This document shows positions 39,171 to 48,817 of a DNA stretch of 64,000 nucleotides, one piece after another. Source of the DNA: an uncultured Bacilli bacterium. Lineage in GTDB: Bacteria > Bacillota_I > Bacilli_A > RF39 > UBA660. Below the pieces are notes generated by a model. That model was not told the origin of the DNA, ran no database searches, and saw nothing but the letters and a program-made list of their open reading frames with translations. The position numbers and the translations under genes were made by a program. The stretch spans positions 12,580-76,579 of the forward strand of contig CAJUCD010000006.1 in the NCBI GenBank assembly GCA_910585045.1, written 5' to 3'. Every line of letters begins with the position of its first letter. Positions within the stretch are counted from its first letter, which is position 1.

Positions 39171-39196
39171 ACATTTCGCCAAAAAGGAGGGGTATA

Positions 39197-39475
39197 ATGA
39201 GTTCAAGTCAAAAATCAATTGAAGAAAGAATTAGTTATTTAATTGCAACTATGAGAGGAACAACAATATTATATGAAACTTGGTTTAAAGGAGTTATGTT
39301 ATGTAGAGATTCTTTAAAAAGTGGAATTGATAGTGAATTAATTAAAAGTTTTATTGATGCTTTATTAGCTGTTAATGTTGATGTAAAAAATGCAGCTGAA
39401 AATGCTTCTCATAAGTGTTTAAAAGATACTTTATCAGCTATAGGTAGTAATTCAAATGTAATAGGAAGAACCTAA
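39197..39475 (+). CDS. hypothetical protein (92 aa)
   Basis: Strong promoter and RBS; no recognisable motifs. Confidence 0.45.
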   Translation: MSSSQKSIEERISYLIATMRGTTILYETWFKGVMLCRDSLKSGIDSELIKSFIDALLAVNVDVKNAAENASHKCLKDTLSAIGSNSNVIGRT

Positions 39476-39542
39476 ATTATTAGATTCTTTTTTTGTTATA
39501 AAAATTAATTTCTTAGAATACAATTTTTTAGGAGATGATTAG

Positions 39543-40289
39543 ATGAATTGTAAAATACCATTTACAAAAGATATTGACTTTGAAAAAAAACTGTATGAGA
39601 TAACTAGTATTAGCTTAGAGCATGAGATTAAAGTGGAAGATGGAAATTTAAAAGGAAATTTTATAGTTTCAGGAGATTTTAAAAGTCATGAGGTTAGTGT
39701 TAATAAAGAGGCTTTTTCTTATATTTTACCTTTTGAAATAGAAATTGCTGATGATATTGATGTAGATACAATTGAATTTATGATTGAAGATTTTACATAT
39801 GAGATCGTAGAAAGTAATATTCTTAGAGTAAATATTGATTTTAATGTTATTGCTAGTAAAAAAGAAATAGAAGAAGAAGTTGTTGAAGAAGAAACAGTAT
39901 TTAGAGATGCAAGTGAATTATTTGAAACTGAAGAAAATCTGGAAAAGGATTTAATAGAACAAGAGCCAGAAATATTAGAGACTTTAGAAGTAGATTCAGA
40001 TAAGGAAGAAAATTTAATAGTAGAAGAAAATCTAGAAAGAGATGAAAAAATTGTAGAAATTAGAGAAGATACTAATATTATTAAAGAGAGTGAAAATACA
40101 ATTATTAGTAGTGTTCAAGGTGTAGATGATGAATATACTACATATCACATTCATATGGTAAGTGATGGTGAATCTGTAGAAACTATTTGTACAATGTATA
40201 ATTCGAATATGAGTATTTTAGCTGAATATAATGATTTAAATAACATTGCTCAAGGAGATAAATTAATTATTCCTGATAAAAATGAATAA
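39543..40289 (+). CDS. acidic protein with C-terminal LysM domain (SpoVID-like spore-coat morphogenetic protein candidate)
   Basis: Glu-rich repeats (EENLEKD, EENLERDE) and C-terminal LysM (YTTYHIHMVSDGESVETICTMYNSNMSILAEYNDLNNIAQGDKLIIP); followed by a CotS-like gene as in spoVID-ysxE. Confidence 0.4.
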   Translation: MNCKIPFTKDIDFEKKLYEITSISLEHEIKVEDGNLKGNFIVSGDFKSHEVSVNKEAFSYILPFEIEIADDIDVDTIEFMIEDFTYEIVESNILRVNIDFNVIASKKEIEEEVVEEETVFRDASELFETEENLEKDLIEQEPEILETLEVDSDKEENLIVEENLERDEKIVEIREDTNIIKESENTIISSVQGVDDEYTTYHIHMVSDGESVETICTMYNSNMSILAEYNDLNNIAQGDKLIIPDKNE

Positions 40290-41172
40290 TGCACTAGAAG
40301 AAATAAAAGGTACTTATAAGCCATATCGTATAACAAAGAAGAAAAATGTGACAATTATAGATTCAACAAGTGGTTCTTATGTGATAAAAGAAAAAAAAGA
40401 TAATAAAATAAATAAAGCTTATAGTTATTTAATTAGTCGTAGTTTTGATTATTTTCCTGAATTGCAAGGGGAAATGCGAAGTGATGTGAATGTATTTCAA
40501 TATGTAGAAGAAGTTAATATGCCAGTTGAACAAAAAGCTTTAGATATGATGGAATTAGTAGCACTTCTTCATAATAAAACTACTTATTATAAGGAAATAA
40601 CTGAGGATAAGTATAAAGAGATATATGATAATTTGAAAAATAATATTATTTATACTAAAAATTATTATGATAATATGTATAATATTTTAATAGAAGAAAC
40701 TTATATGAGTCCTAGTCATTATTTATTTATGCGAAATATTTATAAAGTTTTTGCAGCTTTAGACTATACGTTAAATGAACTTGATGTTTGGTATGATAGT
40801 ACTAAAGATGATTTAAAAGAAAGAGTTGCTTTTATTCATAATAATTTAGAAGTTGAACATTTTATAAAAAATAAAAAGGGATATTTGGTTAGTTGGGAAA
40901 AATCAAAGATCGATTCGCCAATATTAGATTTAATTACTTTTTATCAAAAAGAATATATGAATTTTGATTTTGAATCGTTATTTCGTAAATATTTAAAAAA
41001 TTATCCTTTAAAGGATAATGAGCAAAAATTATTGTTTATTGTAATAAGTATTCCACCATTAATTAATTTAGAAGGTAAAGAAATGAATGTTACAAGAGAT
41101 ATTAGAAAAAAATTAGACTATATTTTTAAGACTGAGAATTTAATTAAAAATCTTAGCAGCGAGGGTATATAA
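40282..41172 (+). CDS. CotS/YsxE-family spore-coat protein-like (kinase-like fold)
   Basis: Size, composition and synteny with the LysM protein; overlapping start. Confidence 0.35.
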   Translation: MNNALEEIKGTYKPYRITKKKNVTIIDSTSGSYVIKEKKDNKINKAYSYLISRSFDYFPELQGEMRSDVNVFQYVEEVNMPVEQKALDMMELVALLHNKTTYYKEITEDKYKEIYDNLKNNIIYTKNYYDNMYNILIEETYMSPSHYLFMRNIYKVFAALDYTLNELDVWYDSTKDDLKERVAFIHNNLEVEHFIKNKKGYLVSWEKSKIDSPILDLITFYQKEYMNFDFESLFRKYLKNYPLKDNEQKLLFIVISIPPLINLEGKEMNVTRDIRKKLDYIFKTENLIKNLSSEGI

Positions 41173-41583
41173 TGCGAAACATTAAATAAAATAATAAAAA
41201 TACTTCTATTAAAAGAATAAAAAGATTAAATCTTAATGGAATTATAAGCGTTATAATTATTTGATAGAAGATAAGTATTGATAAACAAAATATAGCTAGG
41301 ATAGTAAATAATCCGCCACCACAATTTCTATTTGGACACATTTTAATCACCTAGTTTATTTTATGCAAGTTTTGTTTTAGTGTATAAATTAACGCCTAGT
41401 TATGTAATAAATGTTAATTTGGCAAAAATTGTCGAACGAATTTTGTTGACTATTACTCTCAGTAAATATAAAATTAAAGTGTACAGAGAAAAATCTGTAT
41501 AGAAGAGCACTTGATCGATTTCCAAACTCTCTTTTGGCTTTATGCCCTCGTGGTCAAGTGCTCTTTTTGTTTTGAGGTTAATA

Positions 41584-41823
41584 ATGGATATAGATGAAGT
41601 TTATAATATCATAGGAAAGAATATTAGATTTTATAGAATGAATAATTTAAAATATGGATACTTATCTCAGGAAAGTTTATCAAGAATATGTATGGTTAGT
41701 ATAAGTATAATTAGAAATATGGAAGCTAAAAGAAAGAATAATATTATAAATTTAGTAGCAATTAATAATATAGCTAAAGCGTTAGATGTTCCTTTGTATA
41801 AATTTTTTTTGAAAGATAGTTAA
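41584..41823 (+). CDS. small XRE-family HTH protein
   Basis: HTH-like IGKNIRFYRMNNLKYGYLSQESLSRICMVSISIIRNME; GAGG RBS; the ORF-track start at 41542 lies inside an upstream hairpin. Confidence 0.5.
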   Translation: MDIDEVYNIIGKNIRFYRMNNLKYGYLSQESLSRICMVSISIIRNMEAKRKNNIINLVAINNIAKALDVPLYKFFLKDS

Positions 41824-41892
41824 ATCATTGTAAATAGGTTTACATAATTTGATAATTGTTTTATAAAGCTTTTATGTGGTATAATAGACTAG

Positions 41893-42738
41893 GTGAATCA
41901 TATGAAAGAAGAGTACTTTGTTAATATTGCTATTAGTAGAGCAATAGAATTATATTTATCAAGTTCTAAAAATAAAGATAGTATTCTTTATAATTCTTTC
42001 TTAGTGGTTACAGTACGAATTTTAGCTTTTATTTATGGTGAACTAGATGTTTTAAATCCATATTATTTGAATAATAGTGTTGCTTTTTTTAATAATTTAG
42101 CGAAGTATGGAATGAGTAGAGCAGATATTGCAATTTTTAAAGAAGAGTTTTTAAATTATTATAAATTTGAAGAAGAAAATAATAATGGTAAAATTAAGTT
42201 TAAAAATCCTTATTTTAAAAATGTTTTAAAGTATTTAGTAGATATGTTTATTTTTAAAAGAAATAGTGTTGAAGTAACTTATCAAGAAGAAGAAATGTTT
42301 TTAGATCTGGCTTATACAAGTCATACTAAGAATCCATATAGAGTTTCATATAATTATTTAGCTAGTGAAAATCCACAATATATAGAGAAGTATTATTATT
42401 CTAAAGTTAATCAATTTGATGTTACTAGTGATTTATCAAAGACTATTAGTACTAATCTTAATTTAGAAGCTTTAAAATATGTGGGAGTAGATTTGTCTAG
42501 TCTTAAAAATATGAGTAAAGATGAAATAGAGAATGCTAAAAATGAGGCTTATAATTATTTTATGGTAGATGCTACTAGTCCAAGTAGAGATGATGATTTG
42601 GAATCAGCAATAAATAATTTTAAGAACTATGGTAAAAAAGTTACAACTGGAAATGGATATGTGGATATTTTATTACTGATGAGTGTTATTGTAACCTCAT
42701 TTAGTGTAATAGCAATTATTATTTTTAGTTTAGCTTAA
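41893..42738 (+). CDS. hypothetical tail-anchored protein (C-terminal TM)
   Basis: Soluble helical domain followed by C-terminal TM LLLMSVIVTSFSVIAIIIFSLA. Confidence 0.4.
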   Translation: MNHMKEEYFVNIAISRAIELYLSSSKNKDSILYNSFLVVTVRILAFIYGELDVLNPYYLNNSVAFFNNLAKYGMSRADIAIFKEEFLNYYKFEEENNNGKIKFKNPYFKNVLKYLVDMFIFKRNSVEVTYQEEEMFLDLAYTSHTKNPYRVSYNYLASENPQYIEKYYYSKVNQFDVTSDLSKTISTNLNLEALKYVGVDLSSLKNMSKDEIENAKNEAYNYFMVDATSPSRDDDLESAINNFKNYGKKVTTGNGYVDILLLMSVIVTSFSVIAIIIFSLA

Positions 42739-42750
42739 GCAGGAGGGTTT

Positions 42751-43032
42751 ATGGAAGTTATTGAGGTTAATCATAAAAAATATCAAGTTATGCGTAATTA
42801 TAAAGATGCTATAGATATAGAAGCATTGTCAGAAAAGCTTACTGATTATTTTGATGATTTTGATTATATTGTAGGTGATATTGCCTACGGGAAGTTAAGA
42901 CTTAAAGGTTTTAATAGTAAAACTAATAAAAATTTTAAAGTTATAAATGATGTAGATAAAGTAGATGAATATATTTTAAATAATTGTGCTTATGGTTGTC
43001 GGTGGTTTATGATTAGCGAAATAAAAGATTGA
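42751..43032 (+). CDS. YutD-like (DUF1027) protein
   Basis: ~93 aa; MEVIEVNHKKYQV...FDYIVGDIAYGKLRLKGF pattern; yut-region synteny. Confidence 0.45.
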   Translation: MEVIEVNHKKYQVMRNYKDAIDIEALSEKLTDYFDDFDYIVGDIAYGKLRLKGFNSKTNKNFKVINDVDKVDEYILNNCAYGCRWFMISEIKD

Positions 43033-43081
43033 ATATAAAAAGTTATTTTGTTATAATGTTTAAAGAATAGAGGGATTGTTT

Positions 43082-44167
43082 ATGGCTAAGGTGAATATTA
43101 CAAAGCCTGTTGGAGGTGTGGAGTCACTTCCTTTGGTTAGTGCTTTTAAAGTTGAAGATAATGTTTATACTGTTTTTGATAGTGAAAAAAATGGTTCTAT
43201 GGGTTTGCCTATAATTTATGTTAGTAAATTAAGTAATAATAAATTGGAGAAAATAAATGATACTAATGAGTGGCAAAGTGTTAAGAATTATTTAAAAGGT
43301 ATAATTAGTGGTACTAATTTTCAGTATGTAAATATTGGTAATGATTTAAATGCTGATGAAGCTTATTATATGCCTCTTACTTTACCACAGGCTTCTTTTG
43401 ATATGATAAAGTCGAGATATGTAGTAAATGATGATAAAGGTACTACAGCTGAGGAAGTTTTAATGCCAGATAATAACGGAGTAGAAGAAGCTAAGCCAGA
43501 AGTTTTTAATGAAACTGTAATGCCTGCAGCTCCAGAAGTAGTATCTACTCCAGAAACTGTTTTACAACCAGAAGTTGCTGTAAATTCTAATGTAGTTAAT
43601 CCAATGCCAGTAGAAAATAATCCTATTCCAGCAGAGGCTCCTAAAGAAGTAAGTACTCCAAATGCTGTAGAATCACCTGCACCAGCAGTTAATATGATGC
43701 CTCCTGAACCTGTAGCAGAATCTGTAATGCCTACAGCTCCAGTTGCACCAGTAATGCCAAATAATAATGTTACAAGTAATGTAAGTATGAGTAGTGCTCC
43801 AATGGAAGTTGCTCCAATACCTACTAATAATGTTGCTACTGCATCGGTAACTACTGAAGTTGAGAATAATGATAATAGTGAATTTGATAGTGATAGAGAG
43901 ACTTTTTTAAAAGCTTGTGAGAATATGTTTGATGCTGTTATTTCAAAATATCAAAAGCAATTATTAGAGTATAAAAAAAGAGAAGAAGAATTGAAAAGAA
44001 AAGAAGCTGAGATAGAGCAAAAATTAAAAAATGCAAGTGAGCATTTAGCTAATGCCGAGGCTAGAGAACAAGTAGCTAATATAGCTCATGATAATGCCCA
44101 AAGAGTTATGGATTTGAATAATTTTATGCCACAAGCTCCTGATAATAATCAAACTGGTGTTATATAA
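43082..44167 (+). CDS. hypothetical protein with Pro/Val/Ala-rich 'PEVV/PAAPEVV' repeat region and C-terminal coiled coil
   Basis: Repeats PEVFNETVMPAAPEVVSTPETVLQPEVAV...; coiled-coil KREEELKRKEAEIEQKLKN. Confidence 0.45.
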   Translation: MAKVNITKPVGGVESLPLVSAFKVEDNVYTVFDSEKNGSMGLPIIYVSKLSNNKLEKINDTNEWQSVKNYLKGIISGTNFQYVNIGNDLNADEAYYMPLTLPQASFDMIKSRYVVNDDKGTTAEEVLMPDNNGVEEAKPEVFNETVMPAAPEVVSTPETVLQPEVAVNSNVVNPMPVENNPIPAEAPKEVSTPNAVESPAPAVNMMPPEPVAESVMPTAPVAPVMPNNNVTSNVSMSSAPMEVAPIPTNNVATASVTTEVENNDNSEFDSDRETFLKACENMFDAVISKYQKQLLEYKKREEELKRKEAEIEQKLKNASEHLANAEAREQVANIAHDNAQRVMDLNNFMPQAPDNNQTGVI

Positions 44168-44202
44168 ACATCAGTTTTTTCATATGGTTTAATAGTGATA
44201 TT

Positions 44203-45132
44203 ATGAAAGAAAGTATAAATTATTATTATAATTTTAATGTTTCAGAAGTAGAATATTGGGGTAGTATTTACCGTTTTAAATATTATGGTGATAGTTTTTA
44301 TTTTGTTCCTTTAAAAAGATTAGATACAGAGTTAGAAGATATAATTTTAGTGAGTAAAGAACTTAAATCTAGAGGTATTTTAGTGCATGATATTATTGGA
44401 AATAAATTTAATGAGATTGTTACTAATGTTAATGGGGGAAATTATATTCTTCTTAAGCCAATTGGCGATATTTATGAAGAATATGGATTAGATTCAATTA
44501 TAAATTTTAATAATAGTTTGTTATTAAACGCTAATAAGAGTAAAATTTATAGAAATTCTTGGGCTAAACTTTGGAGTGATAAGTTAGATTATTTTGAATA
44601 TCAAATTCGAGAGCTTGGTAAAGATAAAAAAGTTATTTTAGATAGTTTTAGTTATTATATAGGTTTGGGAGAAAATGCTATTAGTTATGTTAATAGTACA
44701 ATTGCAAAATATAAACCAGATGATAGGGATAGAATTTGTTTGTCACATAAAAGAATTAATTTTCCAAATTATAAATTGAATTATTTTAATCCTTTGAGTT
44801 TTATTTTTGATTTAGAGGTAAGAGATATAGCTAGTTTTATTAAGAGTGCTTTTATGGCAGGAGAGAATGCTATTAGTTATTTAAAAGAAGTTTTGAGATT
44901 AAAAAAATTTTCAATTTATAGTTTGCAGCTTTTGTATGCAAGATTAATTTATCCAACATATTATTTTGATATATATGAAAAAGTTATGAATGATGAGGAA
45001 GATGAAGATGCTTTAATTCCAATAATTGATAAAAGTGAGGCATATGAAATATTTTTACAAGAAGCTTATTTTGAAATTAGTAGATATGCTCCAATTGAAA
45101 GAATAGAGTGGCTATTAAAAAAAGAGTTATAA
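44203..45132 (+). CDS. hypothetical protein (possibly CotS/YutH-like)
   Basis: ORF; position in the yut-like region. Confidence 0.3.
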   Translation: MKESINYYYNFNVSEVEYWGSIYRFKYYGDSFYFVPLKRLDTELEDIILVSKELKSRGILVHDIIGNKFNEIVTNVNGGNYILLKPIGDIYEEYGLDSIINFNNSLLLNANKSKIYRNSWAKLWSDKLDYFEYQIRELGKDKKVILDSFSYYIGLGENAISYVNSTIAKYKPDDRDRICLSHKRINFPNYKLNYFNPLSFIFDLEVRDIASFIKSAFMAGENAISYLKEVLRLKKFSIYSLQLLYARLIYPTYYFDIYEKVMNDEEDEDALIPIIDKSEAYEIFLQEAYFEISRYAPIERIEWLLKKEL

Positions 45133-45363
45133 TTCTACGTTTATAACTCCTTCAATTTCAGGTATTTGCTCTTTTAAGTAAGTTTCAATACCATAGTTGA
45201 TAGTTTCATCTTGATATCCACAGTGAGCACATGCCCCTGTAAGTTTTATAAAAACAAATTTATCTTCGTATTTTATAAATTCAATATCGCCACCATCTTG
45301 ATTTAATAAAGGACGAATATCGTTTAATAGTTCTTTTATTTGAGTTGCTTTATCTTTTTCCAT
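45127..45363 (-). CDS. NifU-like Fe-S cluster assembly domain protein (Nfu/YutI-like)
   Basis: LTGACAHCGYQDETI and overall Nfu C-terminal domain pattern. Confidence 0.8.
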   Translation of the reverse strand: MEKDKATQIKELLNDIRPLLNQDGGDIEFIKYEDKFVFIKLTGACAHCGYQDETINYGIETYLKEQIPEIEGVINVEL

Positions 45364-45448
45364 TTATAATCACCTTGTATAAATAATTATATTTTAAAAA
45401 TTTTTAAAAGTAAAGGGAAATGTGTTATAATTTAGGTGGTGAATATAT

Positions 45449-45793
45449 ATGTATAAAGTAAATGATATTGTGAAGTGTACTATATCTGGTTTTAAGGATT
45501 ACGGGATATTTGTAAGTGTTGATGCGGATTATGATGGGTTAATTCATATATCAGAGATTTCTGAAAGTTTCGTTCGAAATGTGACTGATTATGGGGAAAT
45601 GGGAGAAGAAATTTTTGCTAAAATAATAGGAATTGATGAAAAAACAAATCAGCTTAAATTGTCAATAAAGAATATTAATTATAAGGTTGATGGTAAAGAT
45701 GCAGATGATGAAGATTTAAATGGTTTTTTGCCATTAAAGAAACATCTTAATATTTGGATTAATGAGAAAGTTAAAGATATAAAAAGATTCTAA
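45449..45793 (+). CDS. S1 RNA-binding domain protein (YugI/general stress protein 13-like)
   Basis: S1 fold: IVKCTISGFKDYGIFVSVDADYDGLIHISEIS. Confidence 0.75.
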   Translation: MYKVNDIVKCTISGFKDYGIFVSVDADYDGLIHISEISESFVRNVTDYGEMGEEIFAKIIGIDEKTNQLKLSIKNINYKVDGKDADDEDLNGFLPLKKHLNIWINEKVKDIKRF

Positions 45794-45821
45794 ATTAAAA
45801 TTAGAACCTTTTTTGTTAGTA

Positions 45822-45852
45822 ATAAAAAAAGCCTTTGAAAGGCTTAAATTTT
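45822..45852. terminator. bidirectional rho-independent terminator between the S1 gene and the minus-strand tRNA-Leu
   Basis: aagcctt-tga-aaggctt hairpin flanked by A-run and T-run. Confidence 0.55.
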
Positions 45853-45856
45853 CAGA

Positions 45857-45945
45857 TGGTGCCCAAGGCCGGACTTGAACCGGCACGAGCTTTAACACTC
45901 GCAGGATTTTAAGTCCTGTGCGTCTACCTATTCCGCCACTTGGGC
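45857..45945 (-). tRNA. tRNA-Leu (anticodon TAA), long variable arm
   Basis: Reverse complement gcccaagtggcggaataggtag...cttaaaatcc...ggttcaagtccggccttgggcacca; anticodon loop ctTAAaa. Confidence 0.9.
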
Positions 45946-46173
45946 AGGCACTGTCTTAATTAATAAGACTATTTAAGTATAATATGTTTTTTTTAGTTTT
46001 GCAAGTGTTTTTATGATAATTTTTAATTTTTATGGATATTTTACTGGTAAATAGGGAATATAATATAATATGGAGCTAAAAAATAGTTGTTTTAGAATGT
46101 AGAATTTAAAAACTTGTTGACATGTTATTTTATATTATGTTATAATTCAATTGTTAACGAGAAAAAAGTTCTT

Positions 46174-46266
46174 GGAGGAATACCCAAGTCTGGCTGAAGG
46201 GACCGGTCTTGAAAACCGGGAGGTCGAGCAATCGGCGCAGGGGTTCGAATCCCTTTTCCTCCGCCA
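46174..46266 (+). tRNA. tRNA-Ser (anticodon TGA), long variable arm
   Basis: Acceptor ggaggaa/ttcctcc, anticodon stem ccggt/accgg with loop ctTGAaa, T-loop ttcgaat, CCA. Confidence 0.85.
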
Positions 46267-46288
46267 CTTTAAGTGTTAGCATGTATAT

Positions 46289-46365
<77 letters not shown>

Positions 46366-46370
46366 ATTGT

Positions 46371-46447
46371 GGTTCGTTAGTCTAGAGGCCTATGACGTCT
46401 GCCTGTCACGCAGAAGATCACGGGTTCGAATCCCGTACGAACCGCCA
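46371..46447 (+). tRNA. tRNA-Asp (anticodon GTC)
   Basis: Anticodon arm tctgc-ctGTCac-gcaga, T-loop ttcgaat, CCA. Confidence 0.9.
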
Positions 46448-46454
46448 TTTTTTT

Positions 46455-46530
<76 letters not shown>

Positions 46531-46540
46531 GATTGATACC

Positions 46541-46572
46541 AAACTCGAACTTTTATGTTTCGAGTTTTAAAA
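46541..46572 (+). terminator. terminator hairpin after the tRNA cluster
   Basis: aaactcgaa-N9-ttcgagttt, 9-bp stem. Confidence 0.5.
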
Positions 46573-46686
46573 TACTTCAAAATATGGTAGAATATTTATA
46601 AAGAAACTAATTGAATATGTCAATTTAGTAAACACACTTGCATAATGACAATAATCATTATGCAAATTACGAGGGGAATAGTTTAT

Positions 46687-47217
46687 ATGGAATTATTAGA
46701 AGTTTTAAACGAGAATGGTATTCCAACTGGGGAAATATTAGATAAAAACAAAGTTCACAAAGAAGGAAAATACCACAAAGAAGTAGCACTAATATTATTG
46801 AACAAGAAAGGTGAAATTCTTTTACAAAAAAGATCCTCAACAAAAGAAATTGAGCCAAACAAATGGGCATGGCATGGAGGTCATGTTATTGCGGGAGAAA
46901 CAAGTAAAGAAGCAATTATTAGAGAAACAAAAGAGGAATTAGGGTTAACTTTAACTAAAAATCAAATTAAGTTATTAGTCGAACTAAGAAGAGACAAGTT
47001 TCCAAATAGGCAATATACAGTAGCATATTATTCAAGATGTAATTTAAATGTTGATGAGTTTAAGATTCAAAAAGATGAACTATCTGAAGTAAAATGGTTT
47101 TCTTTTAGAAAATTTAAAGATATGATTTATAGTAGTCATCCTGACATGATGTTTAAAAATAATGAAAACACTAATAAAATAATTAGTGCTTTAGAAAACA
47201 TAATTAAATCTTACTAA
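46687..47217 (+). CDS. NUDIX hydrolase
   Basis: Nudix box GGHVIAGETSKEAIIRETKEELGL; GAGGGGAA RBS. Confidence 0.75.
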   Translation: MELLEVLNENGIPTGEILDKNKVHKEGKYHKEVALILLNKKGEILLQKRSSTKEIEPNKWAWHGGHVIAGETSKEAIIRETKEELGLTLTKNQIKLLVELRRDKFPNRQYTVAYYSRCNLNVDEFKIQKDELSEVKWFSFRKFKDMIYSSHPDMMFKNNENTNKIISALENIIKSY

Positions 47218-47800
47218 TAATGTTATATACATCATCCCATTTATATACTCTATAAATTTGGTTATTAGTATATGAATGGTTGTACTTTGCATCAAAGCAT
47301 AGTAGTTTCATATGATTTTTTAGTTGTTCTATATTTGAAATGGAATCTTCAATCATAATATCAATTTTATTGTTTAAGCAAGCCTTTAGCTTATTTAAAT
47401 TAGAGAAAACAATCTTGTCATACATTATATTATTTTTATCCAACCATTTGATAATTAGTTTTTCCATATTTTTTTGTCTTTTAATACCTCTTTTGACAAT
47501 TTGGCTATCGTAGGTTCTTGCAGTAATTATAATTATTTTATTTCCATCATTTTTCAATTTTTCGATTATATTGCTAGCATTTTCTCTAACTTTTATAGAT
47601 GTAGCATATTTTTCCCAATGTGTATCCCAAAATTGGTGACTATCTTCTTTACTTAAAAAACCACAAATGGAATTTGTATTCATTGTATCATCAAAGCCTA
47701 AATTATTTTCAATCATATATTTTTTACCAACAGTTTTTATATAATTTTCCAAATCAGTAAGAACTCCATCTATATCTATTCCAATGTTCATTATAATCAC
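47204..47800 (-). CDS. HAD-superfamily hydrolase, 5'(3')-deoxyribonucleotidase-like
   Basis: HAD motif I IGIDIDGVL at the N-terminus; ~195 aa. Confidence 0.5.
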   Translation of the reverse strand: MIIMNIGIDIDGVLTDLENYIKTVGKKYMIENNLGFDDTMNTNSICGFLSKEDSHQFWDTHWEKYATSIKVRENASNIIEKLKNDGNKIIIITARTYDSQIVKRGIKRQKNMEKLIIKWLDKNNIMYDKIVFSNLNKLKACLNNKIDIMIEDSISNIEQLKNHMKLLCFDAKYNHSYTNNQIYRVYKWDDVYNIISKI

Positions 47801-47848
47801 CTTTTATAGTATAACACATTGTGATATTCAAAAAAAGTTATTGAACGT

Positions 47849-47865
47849 CCTCCCTTAGGGCACCA
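47849..47865 (+). other. tRNA 3'-end-like remnant (…cctcccttagggcaCCA) followed by the same trailer element as tRNA-Asn; possible att-site scar
   Basis: Ends in an acceptor-like gggca + CCA with no upstream tRNA body; 12 nt downstream is repeat copy 2. Confidence 0.35.
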
Positions 47866-47876
47866 GTTAGAATATC

Positions 47877-47914
47877 AACAAACCTAAATAAATACTGGGT
47901 TTGTTTTATTTTTG
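47877..47914. repeat. tRNA-trailer hairpin element, copy 2
   Basis: aacaaacctaaataaatactgggtttgttttatttttg, 36/38 identical to 12979-13017. Confidence 0.55.
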
Positions 47915-47966
47915 CTTATTTTTTGAATTTTCAAATTTCACTCATAAACACCTATAATCTTTGCTA

Positions 47967-47988
47967 CGTAATATACAAGTAATATACA
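47967..47988. repeat. gtaatatacaN direct repeats, two copies
   Basis: cgtaatatacaagtaatataca identical to 13079-13100. Confidence 0.5.
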
Positions 47989-47999
47989 CATTTATAATG

Positions 48000-48242
48000 C
48001 TAATATTCTATTCTTTCTAAATACTTTAATAATTCTTTTATTGATTTTTTTACATAAGCATCGTTAGTCACATCTTTAGATAAACTATGACCCATCAACT
48101 TTTTTATAACTGGATCGGGTATTTCTAGCTCAGAACATTTTGTAGCAAATGAGAACAAAATGCAGACATTTCTCAAAAATTTTAGGTTTATAGTGCAAAA
48201 ACATAGGTAAAAGGTATTAGCATGGAAGCATTCGAAGTTATA
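48000..48242 (-). pseudogene. remnant of a tyrosine recombinase (integrase) C-terminus
   Basis: Minus-strand translation ...ILFSFATKCSELEIPDPVIKKLMGHSLSKDVTNDAYVKKSIKELLKYLERIEY* matches integrase box II (h-T-F-A-T ... G-V/I-P-x-x-V-I-x-x-L-L/M-G-H-S ... Y); the upstream frame has no start and the catalytic R/H positions are replaced (L/F). Confidence 0.4.
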
Positions 48243-48817
48243 TTAGGCATATTAAATAATCTAATTGTTAACAAAGCATTTAATAAAAAAATAAGTCTTA
48301 AAAGATGATTGCCTTACATTTTTATATATTATTCAGTAATTATACTTTTATTATTTGTTATTATCTTTTTAAGCATTAGCTATATAAGATTAAAAAATAT
48401 AATAGGATATTTTCTAATTTTATTAGGTATTATTCTTTTTGTACTACTACTATTACCATTATTTGCTTATAGAGATAAATAATTTCTTTCTTATAACAGT
48501 TATCCATCGTAATTGAGAAGAAGAAAGAATTTTTGGGTTTTATATGAAAAATAAGACAAAAGCAAAAATGTTGTAAACTGTTATATTTATGTCATAAATT
48601 TTGTGAAGCTAACCTAATTGGTACTTGTAGATGATTTTATTTCATTAACGAGTTTTAAAATGTTGATGGAAATATTAAAATATTGAAGTGTTTAAGCTAT
48701 AAGTTTTTTCTTTTAATGAAACTGTTAATTTAGATTTAGTTGCTGGAATATTCCTTATTAGGAAGTTTTTTTGTTTAGGAAAATATGTTATAATTAATTC
48801 TGAAGTAAGAGGTTGCT

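Noticed and set aside
47474-47656. 60-aa plus-strand ORF inside the HAD-hydrolase gene; also 46667-46870 minus inside the NUDIX gene
   Set aside because: They are antisense to or overlapping motif-supported genes, with no RBS.
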